The notes below the pieces were generated by a model that saw only the letters and a program-made list of their open reading frames with translations, had not been told where the DNA came from and did no database searches. Shown piece by piece: positions 9,628-20,031 of a DNA stretch of 64,000 nucleotides (the first letter of the stretch is position 1; each line of letters opens with the position of its first letter). Source of the stretch: an uncultured Vicinamibacteraceae bacterium. Its GTDB lineage: Bacteria; Acidobacteriota; Vicinamibacteria; Vicinamibacterales; Vicinamibacteraceae. The stretch covers positions 2,376-66,375 of the forward strand of contig CAYSHC010000002.1 of the NCBI GenBank assembly GCA_964430855.1, given 5' to 3'. Made by a program: the position numbers and the translations under genes.

Positions 9628-11658
9628 GTGACGGGCGCGTCCCGCCACCGGTCTCCTTTTCGTCCTGCCGGCCCCGGGCGGCGCGCTTCTCGCCTTGTGA
9701 AGGACCGTCGACAAGGGCAAGATGACCCGGTGGCCCCCGTCTTCGCGCCGTGCCGGCTCGTGGCGTCCCTCGTGGCGCTCCTTGCGTTCGCTGCCGGCGG
9801 CGTCTCGTACGGCCAGCCTGCCGGGGAACCTGCCACCCGCTACGTTCGCAGCCTCGACATCGTCGGGGCCGATGACATCGACGTCGATGACCTGAAGCGG
9901 GTCCTCAGGACGCGCGTCAGCAGCCGCCTCCCCGTCATCGGGCGCGATCGCGAGTTCAACCGCGAGGTCTTCCAGCAGGACCTCTACCGGATCGTCGCCT
10001 ACCTCTCCGACAACGGCTTCCCCCGGGCTCGCGTGACCCACGTCGAGATCCGCCCGCAGGCGCCCGACGGCGTCCGCCTGACGGTGCACGTGGATCCCGG
10101 CCCGCCCGTCATCGTCGATCGCGTCGACATCTACGGGTTCGGCGTCCTCGACGATGAGGATTACGCGGCGGTGGAAGAGCGTGTGCGCCTCAGGCCGGGC
10201 GAGCGCCGGCGCCAGGAACAGGTGCGCGAGACGCGCGCCGCCACCGTCGCCGTCCTCCAGGAGCGGGGCTACGCCCACGCGGCCGTCGAGGTCCTCGAGG
10301 GCGACGGGCGCGAGCCCGGCACCGTGGCGATGGCGGTGGTCGCCGACCCCGGGCCCCAGGCCACGTTCGGCCCGGTGACGGTGCGCGGCAACGGCAGCGT
10401 CAGCGAGGGCCGCGTGCGATCGCTGCTCGCCTTCCGCGAGGGCGAGGTCTTCAGGCTGTCGAAGCTGCTCGAGAGCCAGCGCCGGCTCTACAACCGCGAG
10501 ATCTTCCAGTTCGTCACGATCACGCCGACGCCGGGCCATCAGGGCACCGACACGGTACCGATCGACGTCACGCTGACCCAGGGCCGTTCACGCCGGGTCT
10601 CGGTCGCCCCCGGCTTCGGCAGTGAGGAGCGGGGCCGCGTCATGGCGACGCTGCGGCACCTCAACGTGTTCGGCGGCGCGCGCGTCGCGCAGCTCCAGAC
10701 GAAATGGTCGTCGCTCGATCGGGGGGCACGGGTGGGATTCGAGGAGCCGTCGCTCTTCCGGCGCGGCATCTCGATGAGCAGCTCGCTCCAGTACTGGTAC
10801 GCCGACGAGCCGGCGTACTCGCTGCTCACGAGTGGCGGCCGCGTGACGCTGGCACGCGAGCTGTCGCGCAGCGACCCGATCACCCGCAGCCAGGCGCTGA
10901 CGACGGTGTCGGTGTCGTTCGTGAACGAGTACGAGGACTACACGATCTCCGACGACGCGCTCCAGGACCTCACGTTCCGGGACGAGCTCATCGCGCTCGG
11001 CCTCGACCCCACGCGCGGCGCGGGCAACGGCACGCTGGCGGCCATCGGCTTCGACATCCAGCGCAACACGACGCAGAACCTGATCGATGCCAGGCAGGGT
11101 TACCTCGTCCGCGCCCACGTGGAACAGGCGGGGCAGTGGCTGCCCGGCGACTTCAACTACCGCGAGTACTCCACCGAGGGCCGTCTCTACGCCACGCTGT
11201 TCGGGCGCCTGGTGATGGCGGGGCGTCTGCGTCTCGCCACGATCGACGCGCCGGGACAGCTCGAGCCCAACGTGCCGTTCTTCAAGCGCTACTTCCTTGG
11301 CGGCGCCAGCAGCCTTCGCGGCTGGGGGCGGTTCCAGGTGAGCCCATTGAGCGGGTCGGGCCTGCCCATCGGCGGGCACTCGCTGTTCGAGTCGTCGCTC
11401 GAGGCGCGCCTGCCGCTCGTCGGCAACGTCGGGACGGTGTTCTTTCTCGATGCCGGCAACACGTGGCGCAACAGCTTCGAGCTGCACCTCGACGACCTGC
11501 GGTACTCGCTCGGCAGCGGGCTCCGCTACACCACGCCCATCGGCCCGGTGCGTTTCGACCTCGGCTATCAGCTCAACCCGATCGAAGGGCTCCTCGTGGA
11601 CGGCGAGCCACAGCCGCGCCGCTGGCGCATGCACTTCAGCATCGGACAGGCGTTCTGA
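9628..11658 (+). CDS. tamA: BamA/TamA family outer membrane protein (POTRA domains + Omp85 barrel)
   Basis: Omp85 C-terminal motifs (RYFLGGASSLRGW, GLRYTTPIGPVRFDLGY, terminal ...HFSIGQAF). Sits directly upstream of a TamB-like gene. The true start is probably internal (GTG at about 9730, giving signal peptide APVFAPCRLVASLVALLAFAAGG). Confidence 0.8.
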   Translation: MTGASRHRSPFRPAGPGRRASRLVKDRRQGQDDPVAPVFAPCRLVASLVALLAFAAGGVSYGQPAGEPATRYVRSLDIVGADDIDVDDLKRVLRTRVSSRLPVIGRDREFNREVFQQDLYRIVAYLSDNGFPRARVTHVEIRPQAPDGVRLTVHVDPGPPVIVDRVDIYGFGVLDDEDYAAVEERVRLRPGERRRQEQVRETRAATVAVLQERGYAHAAVEVLEGDGREPGTVAMAVVADPGPQATFGPVTVRGNGSVSEGRVRSLLAFREGEVFRLSKLLESQRRLYNREIFQFVTITPTPGHQGTDTVPIDVTLTQGRSRRVSVAPGFGSEERGRVMATLRHLNVFGGARVAQLQTKWSSLDRGARVGFEEPSLFRRGISMSSSLQYWYADEPAYSLLTSGGRVTLARELSRSDPITRSQALTTVSVSFVNEYEDYTISDDALQDLTFRDELIALGLDPTRGAGNGTLAAIGFDIQRNTTQNLIDARQGYLVRAHVEQAGQWLPGDFNYREYSTEGRLYATLFGRLVMAGRLRLATIDAPGQLEPNVPFFKRYFLGGASSLRGWGRFQVSPLSGSGLPIGGHSLFESSLEARLPLVGNVGTVFFLDAGNTWRNSFELHLDDLRYSLGSGLRYTTPIGPVRFDLGYQLNPIEGLLVDGEPQPRRWRMHFSIGQAF

Positions 11659-11664
11659 TTCGCG

Positions 11665-14600
11665 ATGGCCCTGACGCGCCGCCTGCTCCGGCTCCTGAAG
11701 CTGCTCACGCTCGTCCTCGTGGCGCTCGTCGTCGCGTCGCTCGTCGTGACGCAGACCCCCTGGTTCCGGGACTGGCTGCGGCGCACGGCCATGCGGCAGG
11801 CCGAGCGTGTGATCGACGGGCAGCTGATCATCGGCCGCATCGAGGGGACGCTCTTCACCGGGGTCGTGCTGCGCGACGTGTCGGTCGTGCAGGAGGGCGC
11901 GCCGGTCGTGAGCATCGACAGGGTCGAGGTGCGCTACGGACTCGGCGAGCTGCTCTCGGACGGGCGCGTCATCGGGCGACTGCACGTCGAGCGCCCCGTC
12001 GTCCGGGCGATCCGCACGCCCACCGGGTGGAACCTCGGCCGCCTGCTGCGGCCGCGCGCTCCCTCGCGCCCCGGCGCACCGCGTCCGACGTTCGCGCTCC
12101 CCGACATCACGGTCGAGGACGCGCGCGTCACCATCGAGGGCGCGGGCGCCGAGCCGGCCCGCACGTTGCCGCGGCGTATCGACGGCCTCAGCTTCCGGGG
12201 CGGCGTGACGAGCGGCGGCGAGACACTCGCCATCGACATCCGCGCGCTGCGGCTCGAGGCGGCGGAGCCCGACCTGTCGCTCGCCGACGTGCACGGCCGT
12301 CTCGTCAACGACACCGCGGGCTGGCACTTCGAGAACCTGCATGTGCAGACGGGCGACTCGGTCGTCGACGTGACCGGCGACCTCACGCGGACGGAAGAGG
12401 GCGGGCCGCTGACCTTCGCGCTCGACGTCGCCGGGTCGCCGGTGTCGCTACCGGAGGTTGGCCGCTTCCTGCCAGCCGTGGCAGCGATCGACGTGCGGCC
12501 ACGCTTCACCGCGCGCGTGGAAGGTCCGCTCGACGCACTGCGCGTCGACCTCCACATGTCGTCGGAGGCGGGCGACGTCAGGGGACCGGTGACGCTCGAC
12601 CTGCGCGGCCCCACGCGGTCGGTGGCGGCTGACGTGGACATCGCCGATATCGACCTCGCGCCCTGGCTCGACGACACGTTTGCCGAAGGGGCCATCACAG
12701 GGCACGCCCGCGTGAACCTCCGCTTCCCGTCGGCCACGCCAGGGGTCGCGCTCGACGGCGCCGCACACTTCGAGGGGCCGTCGGCCGGCGCCTACGGGTA
12801 CGCCGCACGCGACGTCGTCGCCGACGCGCGGTTCGTCGGCCGACGCATCGAACTCGTGGCGAGGGCTTCCGCATACGGCGGCCGCGCGACGACGCGCGGG
12901 TTCATCCAGCGGGCGGCACGTCCGGGCGAACGGCTGGTCCTCTCGCTTGCCGGAGACGTCTCGGACATCGACCTGCGGCAGCTCCCGCCGGAGCTGGCCG
13001 TGCCGCCGCTCGAGACGGCCATCACCGGCGCGTACACCGTGGAAGGGCCCGTCGGGCGCCTGCACCTTGCGGCGACGCTCGACGCGTCGGTGGTCGAGGG
13101 GGCGCACCTCGGCGACGGCTTCACGGGGGCGTTCCAGCAGGCCCCCGACGGCTATGCGTTCACGGCCGACGGCTCCGTTGCGGACCTCGATCTGCCGCGG
13201 CTCGGCCGCGCCCTCGAGCTCCCGGCGCTCGCGGACGAGCGGTGGGCGGGGCGAATCAATGGAACCTTTCGCGTGCAGGGCACGAAGGACGGCGACGCGC
13301 CGCTGCTCCTGACGGCCGCCGGAGAGCTGCGAGACACGCGCGTGTACGGTGGCCATGTGCCGCAGATGGCGGTTGACGCGCGCCTCTCCGGAGACGTCCT
13401 CGACGTCGTGGCAAGAGGCGCGGTGCAGGGCTACGACCTCGCGGCGGTCAGCGGCATCGAGGCGCTCACGGGCAACCTCACCGGCGACGTGGACGCGCGC
13501 GTGACGTTCCAGGACCTGCGCGACGTGGCGTTTGCCTCGGTGGACGTCGACGGCACGGTCACGTTGCGCACGCCGACGCTGCTCGACGTGCCCTTCACCC
13601 AAGTGGACGCCGACGTCGCGCTGACGGGCGGTGTGCTCGACGTGCGCCGCCTGCGGGGCACGGGCGACGGGTTCACGCTCACCGGAAAGGGCACCCTCGC
13701 GCTCGGCGAGGCCGGCGCCTCGGACTTCGCCTATGAGCTCGACGCTGCCTCGGTCGTCGGGCCGGCCCGGATCGCCGACCTGCCGCTGACGGGAGCGGTC
13801 ACGACGTCAGGGCGGATCACCGGCCCGCGCCAGGCCTTCCACGTCGAGGGCACGCTCGAGGGCGCGGACGTCGCGTACGAGGACGTCGTCCGCGCCGTGA
13901 CCGTCCAGGGGCGATATGCCATCGACCTCCCGGACCTGGAGCCCGATCGGCTGCGCGTCTCGTCGGAGGTGGCCGTCACCAAGGTGGACGTCGCCGGCGT
14001 CGGCCTCGAGTCGGCGCGGGGCACCGTTGGCTACACGCCCGACCTCCTGGCCTTCGACGTCGTGGCGACCGACGGCCCCCGTACGCTGCGCGGCGACGGC
14101 ACGCTGGCGCTGGCCGACGGCGCCCAGGTCCTCACGCTGAACCGCCTGGCGATCGAGCGGGAAGGCGTCAGGTGGGCGCTGGCGGGGGAAACGGCACCGG
14201 CGGCGCTCACGATCCGTCCCGACGCCGTCGACATCGTGCCGCTGACACTCGTGAGCGGGACGCAGCGCCTCAAGGTCGGCGGGCGTATCGCGCTGGCCGA
14301 CGAGGCGACGCACGCGCTCGACGTCGAGGCCTCCGCCGTCGATCTCGGCGAGGCGCTCGTCCTGGCCGCGCGCGACATCGACGCCGACGGCCTCGTCTCC
14401 CTGTCGGCACACGTCGGCGGTTCGGGCCGCCTGCCGACGGTGAGCGGCACGCTGGACGTCACGGGCGCGAGGTACCGGGACGTGCCCATCGCGCGCCTGC
14501 ACGCCACCGTCGAGAACGACGGCGGCGCCGCGCGGCTGGACGCGATCCTCCAGCAGAGCGACAGCGCCTACGTCACGGCAAGGGGCCGCGTGCCCCGGAC

Positions 14601-16167
14601 GCTCTTCCTGCCGCCCGACACGCCCGACGTGCCCACGTCGCTCGACGACACGCTCGACCTGACGATCCGCTCGTCCGCCATCGATCTGGCACTCGCCGGG
14701 GGCCTGACCGACCAGGTCGCGGATCTCGCGGGCACGGCGCAGCTGGACCTCCGCATGACCAACACCGGCAGGACGCCGGTCGTCGCGGGAGAAGTGACGC
14801 TCCAGCGTGCCGGGTTCCTCGTCGCGGCGACGGGCGTGCGCTACGAACCCATCGACGCCGTGCTGGCGTTCGACGACGACAGGGCCTTCATCAGGCGGCT
14901 CACCGCCGGTGCGCCGGGCGGCGCGATGCTCACGGCGGAAGGTGAGGTCGGGCTGCGCGGTGACGCCAAGGGACGGCTCGATCTCCGGTTCAAGGGTGAT
15001 GGCGTGCGTGCGCTCGACAACGAGCTCGGGCGCGTCGCGCTCGACGCCGCGCTGGCCGTCTCGGGCACGATCTATGCGCCCGTCGTCGAGGGCGACCTGC
15101 GGATCGCCAGCGGACGCGTGGAGCTCGACGCCCTGCTGCCGCGCCTTGCCATCGGCAGCTACGCCACCGAGGCCACCTACAGGGGGATCCCCACCTACAC
15201 CTCGCCGGATGCGCCGCCCATCGTGCCGGACATCCTGGCGCCGGACGTGCGTGACGCGGAGGTCATCTACGCCGTCCCGCCCGCGCCGGCGACGGACGCG
15301 CGTGCGGCCGCCAACGGGGACACGCCGGGCGACGCGGACGCGCAACCGCGACAGACCTTCGTGTACGAGGACATGGCGATGAACATCCGCGTGCGCATTC
15401 CCGACAACCTCCTCCTGCGCGGGCAGAACGTCGAGGTGGGGCGCAGCGGCATCGGCGACATCAACGTGACGATGGGCGGCGACTTCCGCATAGCCAAGAC
15501 CGCGGGCGAGCCCCTCGTGCTCATCGGCGCCGTGAACACCGTGCGCGGTACGTACGCCTACCAGGGGCGTCGTTTCGACATCGCGCGCGACGGCCAGGTG
15601 CTCTTCCGCGGCGACAGCACCTCGAACCCCGAGCTCGACATCACCGCCGAGCGTGTCATCCAGGGCGTCGAGGCACGCGTGCGCATCCAGGGCACCGTGC
15701 GCGATCCACGCATCAGCCTGTCGAGCGAGCCGCCACTCGACGAGGCCGACGTGCTCGCGCTCATCGTCTTCAACCAGCCCGTGAACCAGCTCGGGATCGG
15801 CCAGCAGAATTCGCTCGCCGAACGTGCGGGCGGCATTGCCGCGGGCCTGGCCGTGTCGCCGATCGCGCAGGCCCTGGGCAACACGCTGAACCTCGATCTG
15901 TTCGACGTCGAGACCACCGACACGACCGGCCGGGTCAACCCGGCGGTAGTCATCGGTGAGCAGGTGAACGAGCGCGTCTTCGTGAAGTTCCGCCAGCAGT
16001 TCGGCAACCAGGAGGTCTCGCAGTTCCTGCTCGAGTACCGGCTGGCCGACTATCTGCGGCTGCAGGCCAACGCCGCCGAGGGCGACGGGCTCACGCGAGC
16101 GAACCGGTCGCTCACGCAGCGGGTGGAGCGCTACGGGGCAGACCTGGTCTTCTACTTTGCATTCTGA
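11665..16167 (+). CDS. tamB: translocation and assembly module protein TamB (DUF490 C-terminus)
   Basis: 1500 aa with an N-terminal TM anchor (LLKLLTLVLVALVVASLVV) and long beta-rich repeats. C-terminal GEQVNERVFVKFRQQFG...LEYRLADYLRLQ is typical of TamB. Confidence 0.85.
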   Translation: MALTRRLLRLLKLLTLVLVALVVASLVVTQTPWFRDWLRRTAMRQAERVIDGQLIIGRIEGTLFTGVVLRDVSVVQEGAPVVSIDRVEVRYGLGELLSDGRVIGRLHVERPVVRAIRTPTGWNLGRLLRPRAPSRPGAPRPTFALPDITVEDARVTIEGAGAEPARTLPRRIDGLSFRGGVTSGGETLAIDIRALRLEAAEPDLSLADVHGRLVNDTAGWHFENLHVQTGDSVVDVTGDLTRTEEGGPLTFALDVAGSPVSLPEVGRFLPAVAAIDVRPRFTARVEGPLDALRVDLHMSSEAGDVRGPVTLDLRGPTRSVAADVDIADIDLAPWLDDTFAEGAITGHARVNLRFPSATPGVALDGAAHFEGPSAGAYGYAARDVVADARFVGRRIELVARASAYGGRATTRGFIQRAARPGERLVLSLAGDVSDIDLRQLPPELAVPPLETAITGAYTVEGPVGRLHLAATLDASVVEGAHLGDGFTGAFQQAPDGYAFTADGSVADLDLPRLGRALELPALADERWAGRINGTFRVQGTKDGDAPLLLTAAGELRDTRVYGGHVPQMAVDARLSGDVLDVVARGAVQGYDLAAVSGIEALTGNLTGDVDARVTFQDLRDVAFASVDVDGTVTLRTPTLLDVPFTQVDADVALTGGVLDVRRLRGTGDGFTLTGKGTLALGEAGASDFAYELDAASVVGPARIADLPLTGAVTTSGRITGPRQAFHVEGTLEGADVAYEDVVRAVTVQGRYAIDLPDLEPDRLRVSSEVAVTKVDVAGVGLESARGTVGYTPDLLAFDVVATDGPRTLRGDGTLALADGAQVLTLNRLAIEREGVRWALAGETAPAALTIRPDAVDIVPLTLVSGTQRLKVGGRIALADEATHALDVEASAVDLGEALVLAARDIDADGLVSLSAHVGGSGRLPTVSGTLDVTGARYRDVPIARLHATVENDGGAARLDAILQQSDSAYVTARGRVPRTLFLPPDTPDVPTSLDDTLDLTIRSSAIDLALAGGLTDQVADLAGTAQLDLRMTNTGRTPVVAGEVTLQRAGFLVAATGVRYEPIDAVLAFDDDRAFIRRLTAGAPGGAMLTAEGEVGLRGDAKGRLDLRFKGDGVRALDNELGRVALDAALAVSGTIYAPVVEGDLRIASGRVELDALLPRLAIGSYATEATYRGIPTYTSPDAPPIVPDILAPDVRDAEVIYAVPPAPATDARAAANGDTPGDADAQPRQTFVYEDMAMNIRVRIPDNLLLRGQNVEVGRSGIGDINVTMGGDFRIAKTAGEPLVLIGAVNTVRGTYAYQGRRFDIARDGQVLFRGDSTSNPELDITAERVIQGVEARVRIQGTVRDPRISLSSEPPLDEADVLALIVFNQPVNQLGIGQQNSLAERAGGIAAGLAVSPIAQALGNTLNLDLFDVETTDTTGRVNPAVVIGEQVNERVFVKFRQQFGNQEVSQFLLEYRLADYLRLQANAAEGDGLTRANRSLTQRVERYGADLVFYFAF

Positions 16168-16217
16168 CGCGCACTCGGGACGTGTCGGGAGCGGGCGACG
16201 CGCGAGGCGTGGAAGAC

Positions 16218-17510
16218 CTATTCGTAGTGCAGGGCCTTGACCGGATCGAGGCGCGCGGCCTTGCGCGCCGGATAGACGCCGAAGACGAGCCCCACGGCCA
16301 TTGACACGGTGAACGCGAGGATCACCGACGCCGGCGTGATGACCGTCGTCCAGCCGGCAAGGTACGCCACGGTGCGTGACAGGGCGACACCCACGACGAC
16401 GCCAATGAGGCCGCCTGCGCCCGAGATGATGATCGCCTCGATGAGGAACTGCCTGACAATCTCCGCCTGTGTCGCGCCGACGGCACGCCTGACCCCGACC
16501 TCGCGCGTCCGCTCCAGCACGCTGGCCAGCATGATGTTCATGATGCCGATGCCGCCCACGAGCAGCGAGATCGAGGCGATGGCCACCATCACCATCTGGA
16601 AGATGCGCTGCGTGCGCCGCTGCTCGGCCAGCAGCTCGGCCGGCACGATGACGCTGAAGTCGCCCGCCTGCCTGTGCGTTTCGTCGAGCAGGCCGCGCAC
16701 GGTGCGTGCCGAGGCCACCGATGCGTCCGCCGACCGGAGCTGGAGGTACAGGCCGTCGATCTCGTCGCGGTAGCCGCTCGTCGTGTCCTCGAGCCGGAGG
16801 ATGGCCGCCCAGAGCGGCACGTAGATCAGGCTGTTGCGGTCTTCGTTCGGCACGCCGTCCACGCTGCCGGGGGCGCTCATCTGGGGGCCGGTCACGCCGA
16901 TGACGCGGAACCACTGCTCGTTCACCTTCACGTACTCGCCGACGGCCGAGCGCCCGGTGAAGAGCCTGTCGGCGACGCTTTCGCCCAGCACGCACACCGG
17001 TGCGGCACGCTCGGCGTCCACCTCGTCGAAGAACCGTCCCTCGGCAACGTGCACGTTGGAGATCGTCGCGTAGCTTGGCGACACCCCGTAGACGATCGGC
17101 ATCTCGCGCCCGGGCCGCGGCAGCATGCTCGTCGGGGTGAAGCGCTTCCGCGCCGACGTCGCGACCACGCCCTCGACGTTGGCCTCGATGAGCCGCAGGT
17201 CGCTCAGTGTGAGCCCCGGCGACACCAGCCGCACCTTGCGCAACGACTGCCAGTCGGTCGCCTCGCGCGCCTCGACGATCAGGTTGCGGACGCCGAGGTT
17301 CTCGATGAAGGCCATCACCTGCTGCTGCGCGCCGGCGCCGATCGAGAGCATGGCCACGACGGCGGCCACGCCGCAGATCATGCCGAGCATCGTCAGCATC
17401 GAGCGCAGCTTGTTCACCAGCAGGTTGTCGAAGCCCATGCGCAGGTCGGGCACCAGCCTCTCGGCCAGGGCCGGGCGCGCCCGGCGACGTGACGGCGACG
17501 GCGAGGTCAT
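16218..17510 (-). CDS. MacB-type ABC transporter permease (MacB_PCD + FtsX), no ATPase domain
   Basis: 430 aa. The segments FDNLLVNKLRSMLTMLGMICGVAAVV, LLVGGIGIMNIMLASVLERTREVGVRRAVGA and YPARKAARLDPVKALHYE match this family. Confidence 0.9.
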   Translation of the reverse strand: MTSPSPSRRRARPALAERLVPDLRMGFDNLLVNKLRSMLTMLGMICGVAAVVAMLSIGAGAQQQVMAFIENLGVRNLIVEAREATDWQSLRKVRLVSPGLTLSDLRLIEANVEGVVATSARKRFTPTSMLPRPGREMPIVYGVSPSYATISNVHVAEGRFFDEVDAERAAPVCVLGESVADRLFTGRSAVGEYVKVNEQWFRVIGVTGPQMSAPGSVDGVPNEDRNSLIYVPLWAAILRLEDTTSGYRDEIDGLYLQLRSADASVASARTVRGLLDETHRQAGDFSVIVPAELLAEQRRTQRIFQMVMVAIASISLLVGGIGIMNIMLASVLERTREVGVRRAVGATQAEIVRQFLIEAIIISGAGGLIGVVVGVALSRTVAYLAGWTTVITPASVILAFTVSMAVGLVFGVYPARKAARLDPVKALHYE

Positions 17511-18793
17511 GACGGCCCCGCAGACGCCGTCGACGGCGCGGTCGCGGTCGGGCCGCTGGCGGGGGCGGCCTCGGGATCGACGAGGGCGACGTCCGCCGAC
17601 TCTTCGACGCCCTCGATCACGACGCGTGTCTGGGTGCGCGCGGCGACGGTCACCGGCACGGCGACGAAGCGCCCGTCACGCCGGACGAACACCGTCGGCA
17701 CGCCGGCCCTGTCGAACACGGCCTGCCGCGGGACGGAGAGCACGCCCTCCAGTGGCGCGCCGGCGATGTGGATCCGGGCGCTTCGCCCCGGCTCCACTTC
17801 GGCGACGGCGTCGGTGAGCTGGAGCGTCGCGTCGAACTCGCGCTGCGCCGTCGGCGCGCGCGAGAAGCCGCCGCGGTCGGCCATGCCCGACACGGAGGCG
17901 ACCCGCGCCTCGAGCGGCGGGTGCGTGGACCCGTCGAGGCGTACCTGCGCGGGCTGCCCTGGCTTCAGGTTCGTCGCCAGCGACTCGGCGACGCGGGCGC
18001 GCAGCTGCAGCTCGGACGGATCGAGAATCGTGAGCACGGGGCGGCCGGGGAACACGAGGTCGCCTTCGCGGAAGTCGGGCAGCGTCATGCCGGAATACCA
18101 GAATCCGCCGGCTGCATCCTGGTTCTGGCGGACGGCCACGAGCCCGTCGAACGGCGCGCGCACCTCCATCTGCTCGATCGCGCGGCGCGCCGTCTCGCGC
18201 GCGATCTCGGCCTTCTGCCGCTTCTCGAGCAGCACCGCGCGGGCCGCCTCGTTCGTCTCGCCGCGCGACTTGATGTCCTCCTCGAGTTGCACGAGCTTCC
18301 GCCGTGCCTCCTCGAGCGTCAGCTGATTCTTGCGCGCGTCGACTTCGGGCAGCAGCTCGTTGGTCGTGACGTCGAGCTCCGCGCGCCGCACCTCGAAGCG
18401 CGCCTTCAGCAGGTTCACTTCGTCCTCGGCGGCCTGCACCGCCCGGTCGGCCTCCTGCTTGGCCAGCTCCTGCTCGGTTTCGGCGACCTGCGACTCGGCC
18501 TGCTCGAGGTTGAAGAGCTGCTCGGCGGGGTCGAACCGCATCACCACGGCGCCAGCTCTCACGGCCGTTCCGGTCGGCAGCAGGTAGACGAGCCGCAGGG
18601 ACCCGGGCACCGCCGGCGCGGAGATGAGCAGATTGCGTTGCGCGGTGAACTCGCCGCTCGTGTGGATGTCGCCCACGAGGTCCCCGCGGGTGACGCGCGT
18701 TGTCGGCACGTCGGCCCTGGACGCGGCGCCGGCCGTGCACCCGGCGGTGGCCGCCAGGCCCGCGAGCAGCAGGGCAATGCCATCGGGTCTCAT
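17507..18793 (-). CDS. HlyD/MacA-family periplasmic adaptor (paralog 3, lipoprotein signal)
   Basis: ATG at 18793 gives MRPDGIALLLAGLAATAGC. It has a long coiled-coil hairpin and beta-barrel segments. ATGA overlaps occur at both ends. Confidence 0.85.
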   Translation of the reverse strand: MRPDGIALLLAGLAATAGCTAGAASRADVPTTRVTRGDLVGDIHTSGEFTAQRNLLISAPAVPGSLRLVYLLPTGTAVRAGAVVMRFDPAEQLFNLEQAESQVAETEQELAKQEADRAVQAAEDEVNLLKARFEVRRAELDVTTNELLPEVDARKNQLTLEEARRKLVQLEEDIKSRGETNEAARAVLLEKRQKAEIARETARRAIEQMEVRAPFDGLVAVRQNQDAAGGFWYSGMTLPDFREGDLVFPGRPVLTILDPSELQLRARVAESLATNLKPGQPAQVRLDGSTHPPLEARVASVSGMADRGGFSRAPTAQREFDATLQLTDAVAEVEPGRSARIHIAGAPLEGVLSVPRQAVFDRAGVPTVFVRRDGRFVAVPVTVAARTQTRVVIEGVEESADVALVDPEAAPASGPTATAPSTASAGPS

Positions 18794-20031
18794 CGGGTCA
18801 CCACCATCTCGGCCGCCGGCTCCACCAGCGCCACCTGCTCGCCAGGCACGAGGCCGGCCTGGATGGCCACCATCTCGTCGCTCCTGTGCGCGACGGCCAC
18901 CGGCCGGCGCTCGAAGGTGCCCCCGCGCCGGACGAACGCGACCGTCGCGCCGTCGCGCACGAACACGGCGCGCGCGGGCACCAGCACCTGGTCGGGGAGG
19001 CGCGCCAGCGCGACGCGGGCGTTGGCGCTCATGCCCGGCCGCAGCCGCTCGTCCACCTCGTCGAGCGCGACGACGACCTCGAAGCCGCGCTTCGGCGGCC
19101 ACGTGCTCATGTCCATCTTCGCCAGCGTGCTGATGCGCTCGATGCGCCCGTCCAGCGGCCTCCCGGCGATCGCGTCGATCGTCAGCGACGCCTGCTGGCC
19201 GACCGCCAGGCGGCTCCGGTCCACCTCGTCGACCGTCGTCACCATGCGGGCCGTGCTCAGGTCCGGCAGCTCGGCGATCTGGGCGCCGGGCCAGGCGCTG
19301 TCGCCCACCTGGAACGGACGGGCGCCCATGCCCATCTGGGAGGCGCGCCAGTTGTCGAGCACGACGAACACGCCGTCGCTCGGCGCGCGCACCGTCAGGG
19401 CTGTGACGCCACGCCGGGTGCGCTCGACTTCCGCGGCGGCCCGCTCCTGCTTGCCTTCGAGGCCCCGCACCGTGGCGGCTGTCACCTCGCGCCCGGTGTC
19501 AACCGTCGTGGACGACTCGACGAGGCGCTGCTGCGCGTCCGACAGCGAGAGCTGCGCCTTGCGCTCGTCGTAGCGCGACGAGAGCTCGCCGGCCCGTACG
19601 TCCAGGCGCGCACGCTCGACGTCGTACTGCGCCGTCAGCAGCGCCGTGGTGTACTCCTCGAGGGTGATGCGCCCTTCGGCAAACGCACGCGCGATCTCGG
19701 CCTCGGCCTCGCGGAGGGCCGACGACTTCTCCTGAAGCCTGGTGGTGAGCGAGGTCGGGTCGAAGCCGATGACGACGTCGCCGGCCTTGACCGGCGTGCC
19801 GTTGGCGGCAAGCTCCACGATCCGCAGCTCGCCGGCATCGGAGGGCGCCGTCAGCAGCACGGACCGCTGCGCCTGGACCTCGCCGCGGACAAGGAGCCGC
19901 TCGACGAACTCGCCGCGTGTCACCTCCGCCGTCTCGATGGCGGCCTCGACGGCGGTCATCCGTCCGAGCACCCACCACCCCGCCAGCGCGGCGCCGGTCA
20001 CGGCGATTCCGACCCAGACGCGGCGGGTCAT
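18790..20031 (-). CDS. HlyD/MacA-family periplasmic adaptor (paralog 2, N-terminal TM anchor)
   Basis: ATG at 20031 gives MTRRVWVGIAVTGAALAGWWVL. It has a coiled-coil hairpin and ...VRAPSDGVFVV. ATGA overlaps occur at both ends. Confidence 0.85.
   Translation of the reverse strand: MTRRVWVGIAVTGAALAGWWVLGRMTAVEAAIETAEVTRGEFVERLLVRGEVQAQRSVLLTAPSDAGELRIVELAANGTPVKAGDVVIGFDPTSLTTRLQEKSSALREAEAEIARAFAEGRITLEEYTTALLTAQYDVERARLDVRAGELSSRYDERKAQLSLSDAQQRLVESSTTVDTGREVTAATVRGLEGKQERAAAEVERTRRGVTALTVRAPSDGVFVVLDNWRASQMGMGARPFQVGDSAWPGAQIAELPDLSTARMVTTVDEVDRSRLAVGQQASLTIDAIAGRPLDGRIERISTLAKMDMSTWPPKRGFEVVVALDEVDERLRPGMSANARVALARLPDQVLVPARAVFVRDGATVAFVRRGGTFERRPVAVAHRSDEMVAIQAGLVPGEQVALVEPAAEMVVTR

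Noticed and set aside
10588-12342. 584-aa minus-strand ORF and 642-aa plus-strand ORF (10704-12632) across tamA/tamB
   Set aside because: They are alternative frames of the tamA/tamB coding region. The translations are Arg/Pro/Ala-rich, and there is no independent support.
13807-16995. 1062-aa minus-strand ORF overlapping tamB and the MacB permease
   Set aside because: It spans two well-supported genes on different strands. The composition is Arg-rich and motif-free, so it is an antisense or out-of-frame artefact.
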